From: an uncultured Actinomycetota bacterium
Lineage (GTDB): Bacteria > Actinomycetota > Geothermincolia > Geothermincolales > RBG-13-55-18
NCBI GenBank assembly: GCA_964354675.1
Contig: CAYHAT010000002.1
Location: 1-35,392, forward strand
Reading direction: 5' to 3'
DNA length: 35,392 nt
The notes beneath the pieces were generated by a model. That model did not search any database and had not been told where the DNA came from. It saw nothing but the letters and a program-made list of their open reading frames with translations. The position numbers and the translations under genes are program-made. Position 1 is the stretch's first letter, and each line of letters starts with the position of its first letter. Positions 8,865 through 18,480 of this stretch are shown piece after piece.

Positions 8865-10179
8865 ATCTCTCCTGCTCCAGGACCTCCAACAGCACCTTAT
8901 AGATGCGCCGGCCGACGACCTTCTGGGCTGTCAGGCGCATCCCCTCGAACTCCACTGCCTCACCTTGCTTGGGGATCTTCCCCATCAGGTTGTATATGAG
9001 GCCTCCCAGAGTGTCCCATTCGTGAGCCGGCAGGTCGGTGCACAGGAGTTCGTTGAGGTCATCGATGGAGATGCGGGCGTCGAAGGTGTATCTGCCGTTC
9101 CCCAGGCTCTCGTAGAGCTCCATGGCGCTGTCGTATTCGTCGAAGATCTCCCCCACGATCTCCTCCAGAAGATCCTCGATGGTGACCAGCCCCGAGGTGC
9201 CTCCGTATTCGTCCAATACTATCGCCATGTGGATGGTAAGGGCTCGCAGCTCTGTTAAGAGCTCGCTCACCCTCTTCGTCTCAGGCACGAAATAAGCCTC
9301 GCGCAGGAATTCCCTGGGCCTGGCATCGCTCTCGCCACGTTTGAGGTAGGGCAGAAGATCTTTGGCGTACAGCACGCCGACGATGTGATCGAAGTCCTTA
9401 CGATACACGGGTATGCGGGAGAACCCGTAACTCAAGATGATCTCCAGAGCTTCCTCCAGGTTGGACTCCTCGTCCAGCATGATCATATCCGTCCTCGGTA
9501 TCATCACCTCTCGCACCAGGGTGTCGCCGAACTCGAAGATGGAATGTATGAGTTTTTTCTCCTCCTCCTCGATGACGTCCTGTTCTTCGGCCGCGGAAAC
9601 CAGCGCCTTGATGTCTCCCTCGGTGACGAAGGGGCCTTCCTTGATCGTCTTTCCCCCGAAAAGCCGTATGACGCCGTTGGAGATGAGTATGAGCACCCGC
9701 ACCAGGGGGTAGAAGACCATGGACAGGAGGTTCACGCTAGGAGCCACCGCCATGGCCACCCGCTCCGGATGGTTGGTGGCATAGGTCTTTGGTGCCATCT
9801 CCGAGAAGATGAAGATGAGAAAGGTCATCGCACCCGTGGCGACGGCAGCGGCCACGGGAAGATCGAAAGCCAAGGCCAGGCCGGTGGCGATGGCCGACGC
9901 TCCCACCTGCACAAGTAGGGTGAGCATGAGAATGGTAGAGAGAAAGCGGTTCGGGTGATCCAAGAGCTTGTCCAGCTTTTCCGCCCGGCGATTTCCTTCT
10001 TCACGCAACGAGCGCACGCGGAATCTGTTTACGCTCACCAGGGATATCTCGGCCGCAGCCAGGAAGGCGGCTATGATCAGTAGCACAACGAGGGATACCA
10101 TGCGCCAGGTCAGCTCGCCTGCGGTAACGCCGCCCGTCGATTCCGCCGCCGCCGCGGCATAGAACGTATACAGGGTCAT
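8851..10179 (-). CDS. CNNM/DUF21-CBS pair-CorC_HlyC family transporter (hemolysin-family annotation)
   Basis: An N-terminal four-TM DUF21 (AAEISLVSVNRFRV) is followed by a CBS pair (VREVMIPRTDMIMLD...FSRIPVY) and the C-terminal CorC_HlyC domain (LVTIEDLLEEIVGEIFDEYD). Confidence 0.88.
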   Translation of the reverse strand: MTLYTFYAAAAAESTGGVTAGELTWRMVSLVVLLIIAAFLAAAEISLVSVNRFRVRSLREEGNRRAEKLDKLLDHPNRFLSTILMLTLLVQVGASAIATGLALAFDLPVAAAVATGAMTFLIFIFSEMAPKTYATNHPERVAMAVAPSVNLLSMVFYPLVRVLILISNGVIRLFGGKTIKEGPFVTEGDIKALVSAAEEQDVIEEEEKKLIHSIFEFGDTLVREVMIPRTDMIMLDEESNLEEALEIILSYGFSRIPVYRKDFDHIVGVLYAKDLLPYLKRGESDARPREFLREAYFVPETKRVSELLTELRALTIHMAIVLDEYGGTSGLVTIEDLLEEIVGEIFDEYDSAMELYESLGNGRYTFDARISIDDLNELLCTDLPAHEWDTLGGLIYNLMGKIPKQGEAVEFEGMRLTAQKVVGRRIYKVLLEVLEQERCDSD

Positions 10180-10610
10180 TTCTCTTCCCCCCCCGCCAGG
10201 CCCAGTATCTCCCTCTGCCTGCGGTCCATCGCAAGAGCGCCCTGCTCGTCATCATCCTCGTAACCAAGCAGGTGGAGTAAGCCGTGGGCGGTCACGAACT
10301 CCAACTCCCTTCCTTCCTCAACTTCGTATTCTTCCCTCTGCTTGAATACGTAATCAGGACAGATGACCACGTCGCCCAGGAGGTATCCCTCCCCGCTCTT
10401 CTCTCCCATGGGAAATGCCAATACATCCGTCGTACCCTCCCTGAAAAGGTAGCGGCGGTTCAAGTCCTCCATCTCAGCCGTGTCGATTGCCGATATGGAG
10501 AGCAGGGCATCTCTCCTTACCCCCTCCGCCCTGAGCACCTTCAAGCACGTCTTCTTCACGGCCCTGATGTCCATGGCCTGCCCTGCGGCCCGGTTTACGG
10601 CCACCTTCAC
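10176..10610 (-). CDS. ybeY: rRNA maturation endoribonuclease YbeY
   Basis: TDVLAFPMGE and the metal motif HGLLHLLGYEDD. It has 4-nt overlaps with both neighbours. Confidence 0.92.
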   Translation of the reverse strand: MKVAVNRAAGQAMDIRAVKKTCLKVLRAEGVRRDALLSISAIDTAEMEDLNRRYLFREGTTDVLAFPMGEKSGEGYLLGDVVICPDYVFKQREEYEVEEGRELEFVTAHGLLHLLGYEDDDEQGALAMDRRQREILGLAGGEEK

Positions 10611-12709
10611 GATATGCCTTCCTCCTTGACCAAGGCAGGGTATTCCACCCGTTCATGATACATGCTCGAGAGGATGCGCACGAAAGCCTTGTTGATCCTC
10701 TCCAGGTCACCCATGGTCAGGTTGGATTCACTCAGCTGTCCGTCTGCGAGCCTTTCCTCGACCATAGAGTACGTGAGCTGCTCGATCTTTGCAGGTGTCG
10801 GTTTCTCCAATGCCTTGGCCGCCGCCTCGATACCGTCCGCCAGCATCACGATCGCCGCCTCCTTGCTGCGGGGCTTCTCTCCCGGGTAACGGAAGCGGCT
10901 CTCGGAAACGGCGTCCAGGCCGCTCCCCTCCTCCAGGGCCCTGGCATAGAAGTAACGGACGAGGGATGTGCCATGGTGCTGCTGGATCATGTCGATAACC
11001 TCCTGCGGCAGATGATACTCTCGCGCCAGGTCCACTCCCTCCCTGACATGTGCGGTTATGACCAGTGCACTCAGGTTAGGTTTGAGCTTGTTGTGCCCGT
11101 TGAAGCCATGGGGTTGGTTCTCCACGAAGAAATTGGAGCGCTTGATCTTGCCGATGTCATGGTAATAAGAACCTACCCTGGTAAGCAGGGCGTCCGCACC
11201 TATCTCCAGGGCCGCGGCGTTGGCGAGATTCCCCACGATCACGCTATGGCTGTAAGTTCCCGGCGCCTTGGACACGAGCTCCTTCATCAGTGGCTGGTCA
11301 GGTGAGGCGAGCTCCATTAGGTGCATTGGGGTGGTTATGCCCGCTATCCTCTCGAGCAAGGGAAGGGAGCCGAGGGTGAGGATGGCCGTAAGGACCCCGT
11401 TCGCCAGCCCCAGCAGGCCTGCCAGGAGGATGAAATGCATGTCCTTGATGAGGCTTGCGGTGATCATTGAAACCGCCGCGATGAAGAGGGAGAACTCTAT
11501 AGCGGCACGCATGAGGTCACCGCGTTTCCTTACCTCCCTTATCAGCAAGGTCCCGGCGAGGCCTCCTATAAGCACGGTTATGGTGATGTATATATTGCCC
11601 TTTACGAAAAGCCCGGTGAGAACACCGCCCATCGCCACCATGAACAAGGCCACTGCCTGGTCCAGGAGGATCATCAGGATCAGACCGACCAGCGCCAGCG
11701 GGATGAGATAACCCCACAAGGGATCCTCGTCCATGAAGATGGAGCATATGCGGCACGACACGCAGAAAACCAGGAAGACGAGGCATATCATAGCCACTAC
11801 CCTCCAGTTTCCGGCGATATCGGGCCGGAAACGCTTGAAGAAGACAAGGGCGATGACATAGAGCGCCAGGACCAGGAGGCTGATGCCCACGACCTGCTGG
11901 TAGCTTCCCACTGGTGATAGGGCCCCGACCTCACTCAGCGATGTGAGGATGATGGGTGTTATTATCTCCCCTTTGTCCACAATCATCTGCCCTACACTGT
12001 AATTGGCCATCACCGGCTCTATCGCGTTCACGGCCGCCTCGATATCGCGGTTTATGGTAGCGGTCGAATAAGGTGTGTTGACGGTCAGGAACGCTATGGC
12101 AAGCTCTTTTGCAGCCAGCTTGAGGTCTTCATCCAGGGGCATGGTCTGTGCCCGCTGGGAGACCTCGGACCGCTTGGTCGTCAGATTGTCGTAGGAGACA
12201 GGTTCAGACATGGCCATGGTCAGGAGGTCCACCGCCGCCGCATAGAGCAGGGGAGAACCATCCTCTGATACCTTGAGTATGGTCTCAACGGCATCCAGGC
12301 TCATGTTGAGCTCTTGTTGGGCCAGCAAAGCGCTGGCCTTGCCGGCCAGGTTCCCCTCCTGGCCTGAGACGGTCCGTGCGTTATCGAAGAACTCCCCGAG
12401 TTCGGATAACGCCTCCGCCATAGCATCATCGTTTATAAAGAGGTTCTCGTTCCTCCTGCGTTCGGCGTCACTCGCTTTCTGCGTCGCTTCTTCGTCCACA
12501 ACACTGAAATCGCGGGAGGATATCACCGTCTCGGTGCTCGGCTTCCCCGCTTCGAAACGCGTTACCCGCGGCACGTACTCCAGGATGAGCATGGCGAGAA
12601 TGACTGCGAGGAGAGCGAGGGATATCAGAAGAGCCCTTTTCTCCCCACTGTGGGGGATGAGGGACCTGTACCAGGGTATATGCCCTTTTGAACCTTCTCT
12701 ATCGCCCAT
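10607..12709 (-). CDS. pgpH: 7TM-HD membrane phosphohydrolase, PgpH-type (HDIG domain; cyclic-di-AMP phosphodiesterase family)
   Basis: An N-terminal extracellular region is followed by about 7 TM helices and an HD domain: THMHLMELASP...SHSVIVGNLA...YHDIGKIKRSNFFVENQ...HHG. It sits between phoH and ybeY, as yqfF does in Firmicutes. Confidence 0.88.
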   Translation of the reverse strand: MGDREGSKGHIPWYRSLIPHSGEKRALLISLALLAVILAMLILEYVPRVTRFEAGKPSTETVISSRDFSVVDEEATQKASDAERRRNENLFINDDAMAEALSELGEFFDNARTVSGQEGNLAGKASALLAQQELNMSLDAVETILKVSEDGSPLLYAAAVDLLTMAMSEPVSYDNLTTKRSEVSQRAQTMPLDEDLKLAAKELAIAFLTVNTPYSTATINRDIEAAVNAIEPVMANYSVGQMIVDKGEIITPIILTSLSEVGALSPVGSYQQVVGISLLVLALYVIALVFFKRFRPDIAGNWRVVAMICLVFLVFCVSCRICSIFMDEDPLWGYLIPLALVGLILMILLDQAVALFMVAMGGVLTGLFVKGNIYITITVLIGGLAGTLLIREVRKRGDLMRAAIEFSLFIAAVSMITASLIKDMHFILLAGLLGLANGVLTAILTLGSLPLLERIAGITTPMHLMELASPDQPLMKELVSKAPGTYSHSVIVGNLANAAALEIGADALLTRVGSYYHDIGKIKRSNFFVENQPHGFNGHNKLKPNLSALVITAHVREGVDLAREYHLPQEVIDMIQQHHGTSLVRYFYARALEEGSGLDAVSESRFRYPGEKPRSKEAAIVMLADGIEAAAKALEKPTPAKIEQLTYSMVEERLADGQLSESNLTMGDLERINKAFVRILSSMYHERVEYPALVKEEGIS

Positions 12710-12798
12710 TTTTATTATCTTCTTGATTATACAACACAGTATACAAGAGTGGCTGATATGAGTTGAGCTCCGTGCCGGCCCAGGGCTGTTGCACCCTT

Positions 12799-12821
12799 CC
12801 CAGGGGATTTTTACCCCTGGG
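12799..12821. other. Intergenic hairpin between phoH and pgpH
   Basis: cccagggg-attttta-cccctggg is a perfect 8-bp stem. No U-tract follows on either strand, so it is not a canonical terminator. It may be an RNA processing or stability element. Confidence 0.4.
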
Positions 12822-12840
12822 TCGGAACGCCCCCAGCAGC

Positions 12841-13845
12841 TCAGTCCCTGTCATCTCGCCCGCGATCGTTGCGGGAATCGTCATAAAGTCGGTAGGCTCT
12901 CACTATTTCCTGTACGATCTTGTGCCGTACCACGTCCCTTTCATCCATGTACACGAACTCTATGCCGCCGATGTTGGTGAGGATCTCCCTTACTACGTTC
13001 ATCCCGGATTTCTGCCCGCCCGGAAGGTCGGTCTGTGTGATATCGCCGGTTACAACCGCCTTGGAACCGAACCCGAGCCGGGTTAAGAACATCTTCATCT
13101 GCTCCGGCGAGGTGTTCTGGGCTTCGTCCAACACTATGAAAGAGTCGTTCAAAGTGCGGCCGCGCATGAATGCGAGCGGCGCGACCTCGATGATCCCCTG
13201 CTCCATATACCTGGAGAATCTCTCCACCTCGATCATCTCGTACAGGCAATCGTAGAGCGGCCTCAGGTACGGGTCAATTTTCTGGTATAGGTCCCCCGGC
13301 AAGAACCCCAGCTTCTCTCCCGCCTCCACCGCCGGGCGGGTTAGTATGATCCTTCCTACCTCCTTGGACAGGAGGGCCTTCACTGCCATGGCCATGGCCA
13401 GATAGGTCTTTCCCGTGCCCGCTGGCCCGATAGAGAAGACGATGGTATTGCAGCGTATTGCCTCCACATAACGTTTCTGGTTGGGGGTCTTGGGCCGTAT
13501 CACCTTACCGCGCCGGGAGATCAGTACGTCCGTGAACACCTGCGTGGGATTCAGTTCGCCTTCCTCCATGATCATTTCGATGGCTTTCTCCACGCTCTCC
13601 GGGGCGAGCGCCATCCCCGAGCTCAGGAGCTCGAGCAGCTCCTCGAAGAGACGACCGATGGTCTCCAATTCGCCCTCGTTACCGCGTATGGTGATCTCGT
13701 TTCCCCTCACCAGTATGGAACTCTTGAACGCTTTTTCCACTATCTTCAAGAGCTCGTCACGCTCGCCCAACAGGCTGACCATCGGCTGGCTCCCGGGCAC
13801 CAGTATCTTGAGTTCTTTACGCTTCGAGTCTTGCGTTTTCACCAC
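12841..13845 (-). CDS. phoH: PhoH-family ATPase
   Basis: Walker A GPAGTGKTYLAMA plus RIILTRPAVEAGEKLGFLPGDL and FIVLDEAQNT. The N-terminal KH-like region aligns with PhoH. Confidence 0.92.
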   Translation of the reverse strand: MVKTQDSKRKELKILVPGSQPMVSLLGERDELLKIVEKAFKSSILVRGNEITIRGNEGELETIGRLFEELLELLSSGMALAPESVEKAIEMIMEEGELNPTQVFTDVLISRRGKVIRPKTPNQKRYVEAIRCNTIVFSIGPAGTGKTYLAMAMAVKALLSKEVGRIILTRPAVEAGEKLGFLPGDLYQKIDPYLRPLYDCLYEMIEVERFSRYMEQGIIEVAPLAFMRGRTLNDSFIVLDEAQNTSPEQMKMFLTRLGFGSKAVVTGDITQTDLPGGQKSGMNVVREILTNIGGIEFVYMDERDVVRHKIVQEIVRAYRLYDDSRNDRGRDDRD

Positions 13846-13884
13846 TCCTATCTCTGAACCTTGTAGATATCTCCCCCATGGAAC

Positions 13885-14229
13885 CTAGCCCGGCGGCCAG
13901 CGCATCCTCCTTCCTCCCAGGACATGGAAATGGAGGTGTAGCACTATCTGCTCCGCCGCCCTTCCGACGTTGGTCAGGATGCGCATCCCGCTGGCAGCTA
14001 TTTTCTCTTTTTCGGCGACCGCCTTGATGACCTCGAACAAATGAGAGAGCAGTTCGGCGTCCTCGGAGGTCAGGTCCAGGGCGGATACGATATGTTGCCT
14101 CGGAACCACCAGGAAATGCACGGGAGCCTGCGGGTTAATATCGCGAAAGGCTATCACCTGCTCATCGGAATAAAGTATATCCGCCTCCAGCTCCTCGCCT
14201 GCTATCCTGCAGAAAATGCACTCCTCCAT
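13885..14229 (-). CDS. HIT (histidine triad) family nucleotide hydrolase
   Basis: CIFCRIAGEE, DINPQAPVHFLVVPRQH and the triad HLHFHVLGG. I trimmed to ATG 14229 (GGGAGG SD 5 nt upstream); the track's 35-aa extension overlaps mtaB. Confidence 0.88.
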   Translation of the reverse strand: MEECIFCRIAGEELEADILYSDEQVIAFRDINPQAPVHFLVVPRQHIVSALDLTSEDAELLSHLFEVIKAVAEKEKIAASGMRILTNVGRAAEQIVLHLHFHVLGGRRMRWPPG

Positions 14230-14279
14230 ATCCTGCCTCCCTCGTTGCTCCCCATGCAAGAGGTCGCCAGCCGCGCGTC

Positions 14280-15551
14280 TCACGACTCGCGCACCACCGC
14301 TTCCAAGTATGCCCGCCCGCCATGCACGCCGCATATCTCGGCCGTGAGTATCCGTCCCGGTTCCGTTCCGACAGGAGGATCGTAGACTATCCCCTTGATG
14401 TAGTCCTCGGTGGTCCCCATGGCCGCAGCGGATCCGTTGTTCTCCACCAGCCTTTCCACCAGCAGATCGCGCAACTCTCCCTTGCGTTCCTCAATGTACC
14501 CTAAACGTAACTCCTCCGCCAGCGTGCGTATCCGCTCAGATCTACGCTCCATCTCCCCGGGAGCGACGGTATCGGTCCTGCCCCACGCTCTCGTGCCCGG
14601 GCGTCTCGAGAAGCGGAACACGTGGATGCGCGCCGGCCGTGTCTCTTCGAGGACTTCAACGGTTCGCCGGAACGCCGCTTCGCTTTCCCCCGGGTACCCT
14701 ACGATCACCTCGGTGGTCAGGGCTGCACGCGGCCAGGTGGCACGCAATGCACCGGCGACCGCCGTGAAATCTCCGGGGCGGTATCCCCGTCCCATATCAC
14801 GCAGGACGGCCTCATCACCGCTCTGCAGCGGGAGATGCAGGTGCGGGCAGACACGGCCGCAAGCCGCCCATCCTTCCAGCCATTCCATGCGCAGGTCCTC
14901 GAGTTCGATGGAACTCAACCTGACCCTGAAACCCTCTCCTGCGGACAGCACCTCATGCACCAGGTACGCGAGTTCTCTACCCGGGCCCTGGCTGTATCTT
15001 CCCAGATTGATGCCGCACAGGACCAGTTCGCTGATCCCCGTGCCGAGATATCTCGCCGCCTCCCCCATGATCTCCTCCACCGCTCGCGACCTCTCCTTGC
15101 CCCTTGCAAGGGGGACGATGCAATAGGAGCAGCCACGCTCGCATCCGTCCTGCACCTTGATAAAAGCGCGTGTTCGCCTCGGCTCATGCGTCGTGCTCCC
15201 CTTCGCGCACCCTGGGAGTAAGGAAGTGATCTCGCGCAACCAGTCGTCCTTGCGTGCTTTCGGTAATACGCGCACCACTCCCGGAAGGGCAGCCAGGTCG
15301 CCGGGGCTCACATCCGCATAGCAACCCGCGACCACGATAGCCCCGGCCCCACGCTTTTCTAGCCAGCGGACGAGCTTGCGGCACTTGCGGTCACTCTCGG
15401 CCGTTACCGTGCAGGTGTTGACCACGCACAGGTCGGCGGCGGCCGGCTCGCAAACGATGCCGTGGCCGGCCTTCAACAAGCCTGCCCTCAACTCATCGCT
15501 CTCTGCCTGGTTTACCTTGCAGCCTATGGTGAACACCGCCACATCAGCCAT
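14280..15551 (-). CDS. mtaB: Radical-SAM methylthiotransferase, MtaB type (tRNA ms2t6A)
   Basis: UPF0004 N-domain (FTIGCKVNQAESD), radical-SAM cluster GCERGCSYCIVP and a C-terminal TRAM region. The dnaJ-rsmE-mtaB order matches the B. subtilis yqeU-yqeV arrangement. I prefer the start at ATG 15551. Confidence 0.88.
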   Translation of the reverse strand: MADVAVFTIGCKVNQAESDELRAGLLKAGHGIVCEPAAADLCVVNTCTVTAESDRKCRKLVRWLEKRGAGAIVVAGCYADVSPGDLAALPGVVRVLPKARKDDWLREITSLLPGCAKGSTTHEPRRTRAFIKVQDGCERGCSYCIVPLARGKERSRAVEEIMGEAARYLGTGISELVLCGINLGRYSQGPGRELAYLVHEVLSAGEGFRVRLSSIELEDLRMEWLEGWAACGRVCPHLHLPLQSGDEAVLRDMGRGYRPGDFTAVAGALRATWPRAALTTEVIVGYPGESEAAFRRTVEVLEETRPARIHVFRFSRRPGTRAWGRTDTVAPGEMERRSERIRTLAEELRLGYIEERKGELRDLLVERLVENNGSAAAMGTTEDYIKGIVYDPPVGTEPGRILTAEICGVHGGRAYLEAVVRES

Positions 15552-15559
15552 ACCAGACC

Positions 15560-16288
15560 TCACAACATACCGTAATGGCACCTGACGGCGGCCAGGAGCA
15601 CCAGGCCCGCAGTCTCCGTCCGCAACAAGGTGCTGCCCAGCGTCACTGGCCGGATTCCAGACCCGACCAGTTCCTCTCGCTCCTCATCGCAGAAGCCGCC
15701 CTCTGGTCCTATCATCAATCCCAACTCGTCGGGTAGAGGTCCATCCAATACCACGGAAGGCTTTACGCCTCCCGCCTCGTCCGCAAAGATGGCGCTCTTC
15801 ATGGCTGCCAACTCGCGCAGCGCATCGTCCCAGCTCCGCGCCTTTCTCACTTCTGGGAGGAAGGGACGTCCCGCTACTCGCGATGATTCCAGCGCGATCT
15901 TGCGCCACCTGTCCACCCGCTTCTCAAGCGCGGAGTCCAGTACGCGAGACCTCGTACACGCGAAAGGGGCCACCACAGCCGCCCCCAGTTCCACGCTCCA
16001 CTGCACAACGGAGTCCATTTTCGTTCCCTGCGGAAGCGCCTGGAACAGGCACAGTCTCGGCCGCTCCTCCTGCACGCGACAAGACCCCTCAACCATTACC
16101 ACCGTATGTGCGGAAGTGATCTCGAGTAAGATGCCGTGCCCGATGTTGCCTTTACCATCCAGCAGCTGCACAGCCTGTCCCGTACGCATCCTGAGCACGC
16201 GGCTGATATGGTGATGTTCCGCACCAACCAGGGTCAACCGCCCTTTCAGGGATGCAGTGGGGGAGACATAGAACCTGGCCGTGGTCAA
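15560..16288 (-). CDS. rsmE: 16S rRNA (uracil1498-N3)-methyltransferase RsmE
   Basis: RFYV...HHISRVLRMRTGQAV N-terminal PUA-like part and the C-terminal SPOUT motif IGPEGGF...LGSTLLRTETA. The TTG start overlaps the dnaJ TGA (TTGA). Confidence 0.88.
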   Translation of the reverse strand: MTTARFYVSPTASLKGRLTLVGAEHHHISRVLRMRTGQAVQLLDGKGNIGHGILLEITSAHTVVMVEGSCRVQEERPRLCLFQALPQGTKMDSVVQWSVELGAAVVAPFACTRSRVLDSALEKRVDRWRKIALESSRVAGRPFLPEVRKARSWDDALRELAAMKSAIFADEAGGVKPSVVLDGPLPDELGLMIGPEGGFCDEEREELVGSGIRPVTLGSTLLRTETAGLVLLAAVRCHYGML

Positions 16289-17394
16289 GGTTGAGGCCTC
16301 ATCGCCTTGCGCAGGCGCTCTACGATTCCGGGCTCCTCTTTCTTGAGAGTCTCGATGCGCTGGTACTCCTTCAGCAGACGTTTCTGTTCCGCATTGAGCT
16401 TGCGCGGCACCTGCACCTCAAGGGTGAGGTAGAGGTCTCCGACGGAACGCGAGTGAACGCGCGGCATCCCTTTCCCGCGCAGCTTGAACAGTTCCCCCGG
16501 CTGGCTGCCGGCCGGTATGCGCAGTTTCTCTTCCCCGTTAAGGGTCGGTATATCGATATCGGTGCCTAGCGCCGCCTCGGATATGTCTATCTTTACCATG
16601 GCGTGGAGATCGCTGCCGTGGCGGGTGAACGTCTCGTGTTCTCGCACGCTTATCTCCACGTAGAGGTCTCCCGCTGGTCCTCCCGCATTGCCAGCCTCCC
16701 CCCTGCCGGCCAGGCGTATGCGGTCCCCATCGGCGACACCGGCCGGTATGTCGACCTCCAGCTTGTGCAGGCGTTGCTTCACTCCCCTCCCATCGCATGC
16801 AGGGCATGGGTGTGTGTTTATCTCACCCGCGCCGCCGCAGCGGCGGCAGGAGGTGGTAGAGGTGAATGTCCCGAAGGAGCTGCGACGGCTGTGCATAGTC
16901 TTTCCTTGGCCACCACATTCCGGGCATAGATCGTGGCTGAAACCTTTCTTCAGCCCGCTGCCTTCGCAGTCTGCGCAGACCTCGTGCCCCGTCATGTCGA
17001 TCTCTCTCATTACGCCCGCGTAAGCATCGAGTAGGGTCACCTCGATCACCGTGAGGAGGTCGCTTCCCCGTCGCGGCGCATGGGCCGAACCGGCTTGTCC
17101 ACGCCCGAAGAAGAGGTTGAAGATATCCCCGATAGGCCCCGCAAAGCCGTCAAAACCCCGGTCGAACATGGATGAAGCTGCTCCCTCTTCTCCGAAGAGG
17201 TCGTACCTCCTCCTCTTCTCCGGGTCGCTCAATACCTCGTAGGCTTCGCTTATCTCTTTGAAGCGGCCTCCCGCGTCGCCTTCCTCCTCGCTGACGTCAG
17301 GATGGTGGCGGCGCGCCATCTGCCGGTATGCCCGCTTTATCTCTTCCTGGTCAGCCCCTCGGGGTACGCCCAGAATCCCGTAGTAATCCTTCAT
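16285..17394 (-). CDS. dnaJ: Molecular chaperone DnaJ
   Basis: J domain DYYGILGVPRGADQEEIKRAYRQMARRHHPD, a G/F region and four CxxCxGxG zinc motifs (CADCEGSG, CPECGGQG, CRRCGGAG, CPACDGRG). Confidence 0.95.
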   Translation of the reverse strand: MKDYYGILGVPRGADQEEIKRAYRQMARRHHPDVSEEEGDAGGRFKEISEAYEVLSDPEKRRRYDLFGEEGAASSMFDRGFDGFAGPIGDIFNLFFGRGQAGSAHAPRRGSDLLTVIEVTLLDAYAGVMREIDMTGHEVCADCEGSGLKKGFSHDLCPECGGQGKTMHSRRSSFGTFTSTTSCRRCGGAGEINTHPCPACDGRGVKQRLHKLEVDIPAGVADGDRIRLAGRGEAGNAGGPAGDLYVEISVREHETFTRHGSDLHAMVKIDISEAALGTDIDIPTLNGEEKLRIPAGSQPGELFKLRGKGMPRVHSRSVGDLYLTLEVQVPRKLNAEQKRLLKEYQRIETLKKEEPGIVERLRKAMRPQP

Positions 17395-17415
17395 GGTCTC
17401 GTTAAATCACCCTTC

Positions 17416-18444
17416 TTACCCCTTGAGCATCTCCAGCGTACGGCTGAGGGATTTCGCGATGAAATCGACTGTCGGTATGACCCGGGCGTAGTCCATGCGC
17501 GTGGGGCCCAGCACGCTCACCGTACCGACCATCTCCTCGCCGATAGCATAGGGGGTGGTGACCAGGCTGAACGACTGCAGCTCCTTGTAGAGGTTCTCGT
17601 CCCCGATCCGCACCAGGAGCTCCTTGGAGCCCAGAGCCTCGCTGAGCATGTTGAGCAGGAAATACTGCTCCTCGAAATGCTCGAGCAGGTTCTCGATCCT
17701 TCTTACCCCCTCATCATCCAGATAGCGCAGCAGATGCAACGTCCCTCCCACGAAGACTTTCTCGTATTCCTCTTCGGAGAGGATGTCCCGGATAACGGAG
17801 GTCACCTTTGCGGCGAGCAGGGGCGACTTCAAGGTCCTCAACTCGCGATGGACCTTCAGGTCCGTCATCTCGTCCAAGCCCCTGCCCTGCAGGTTGCGGT
17901 TTAGGAAGGACTGGATCTCTTCGAGATCGACGACCTTGTCCATATCCTTGATATCGATGAGTTTCTTCTCGACCCTTCCCGTATCGGTGATGATCACCAA
18001 CAGGATGATGTCCTCCGCCAGATCGACCAGGTCGACGTGTTTGATGGTGTTGCGGCGCAGGCGCGGTGCGATGACCATGGCAGCCGCACTGGTGAGTCGG
18101 GAAAGCAGCGTGCTGGTCTCCTGCAGCAGGTTCTCGAGTTCGCGCGTCTTGTGCGAGAAGAGGGTCAGGATTGCCTGTCTCTCCTCCTCTCGCAGGCGCG
18201 TACGCCCGCTGAGGCTGTCCACATAGAAACGGTAACCGAGGTCGGTGGGGACCCTGCCCGCCGAGGTATGTGGTTGGTAGAGGTAGCCCATACCCTCGAG
18301 CTTGCTCAGCTCGTTGCGGATGGTGGCGGGGCTGACGCCAAGGTTGAGGCTCTCCGCGAGCGACTTCGAACCGACAGGCGTCCCGGTCGTGATGTACTTG
18401 TACACCACCGTTTTCAGTATCTTCTGTTGTCTTTTATCCAGCAT
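17416..18444 (-). CDS. hrcA: Heat-inducible transcription repressor HrcA
   Basis: LDKRQQKILKTVVYKYITTGTPVGSKSLAE...ATIRNELSKLEGMGYLYQPHTSAGRVPT is the canonical HrcA N-terminal winged helix. A CIRCE operator lies immediately upstream. Confidence 0.93.
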   Translation of the reverse strand: MLDKRQQKILKTVVYKYITTGTPVGSKSLAESLNLGVSPATIRNELSKLEGMGYLYQPHTSAGRVPTDLGYRFYVDSLSGRTRLREEERQAILTLFSHKTRELENLLQETSTLLSRLTSAAAMVIAPRLRRNTIKHVDLVDLAEDIILLVIITDTGRVEKKLIDIKDMDKVVDLEEIQSFLNRNLQGRGLDEMTDLKVHRELRTLKSPLLAAKVTSVIRDILSEEEYEKVFVGGTLHLLRYLDDEGVRRIENLLEHFEEQYFLLNMLSEALGSKELLVRIGDENLYKELQSFSLVTTPYAIGEEMVGTVSVLGPTRMDYARVIPTVDFIAKSLSRTLEMLKG

Positions 18445-18471
18445 TTAGCACTCTCCTCCTTAGAGTGCTAC
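18445..18471 (-). promoter_or_regulatory. CIRCE operator (HrcA binding site)
   Basis: TTAGCACTC-tcctcctta-GAGTGCTAc matches the consensus TTAGCACTC-N9-GAGTGCTAA with one terminal mismatch. It abuts the hrcA ATG. On the mRNA strand the 9-nt spacer reads uAAGGAGGA. Confidence 0.9.
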
Positions 18472-18480
18472 CTTAACAAT

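Noticed and set aside
7992-8999. 335-aa plus-strand ORF, along with many other 100-240-aa ORFs antisense to annotated genes (for example 1571..2128, 10655..11305, 14410..15126, 23516..24190, 30137..30733).
   Set aside because: They lie antisense to, or out of frame with, genes that have clear family signatures. Their translations are Arg/Pro/Ala/Gly-rich with no motifs. This is the typical pattern of stop-codon-poor frames in high-GC DNA.
12699-12884. 61-aa minus-strand ORF spanning the phoH-pgpH gap.
   Set aside because: It overlaps the phoH 3' end and the pgpH start, and has no SD and no recognisable motif. The gap is better explained by the hairpin at 12799-12821 and a TATAAT box (complement of 12726-12731) upstream of pgpH.
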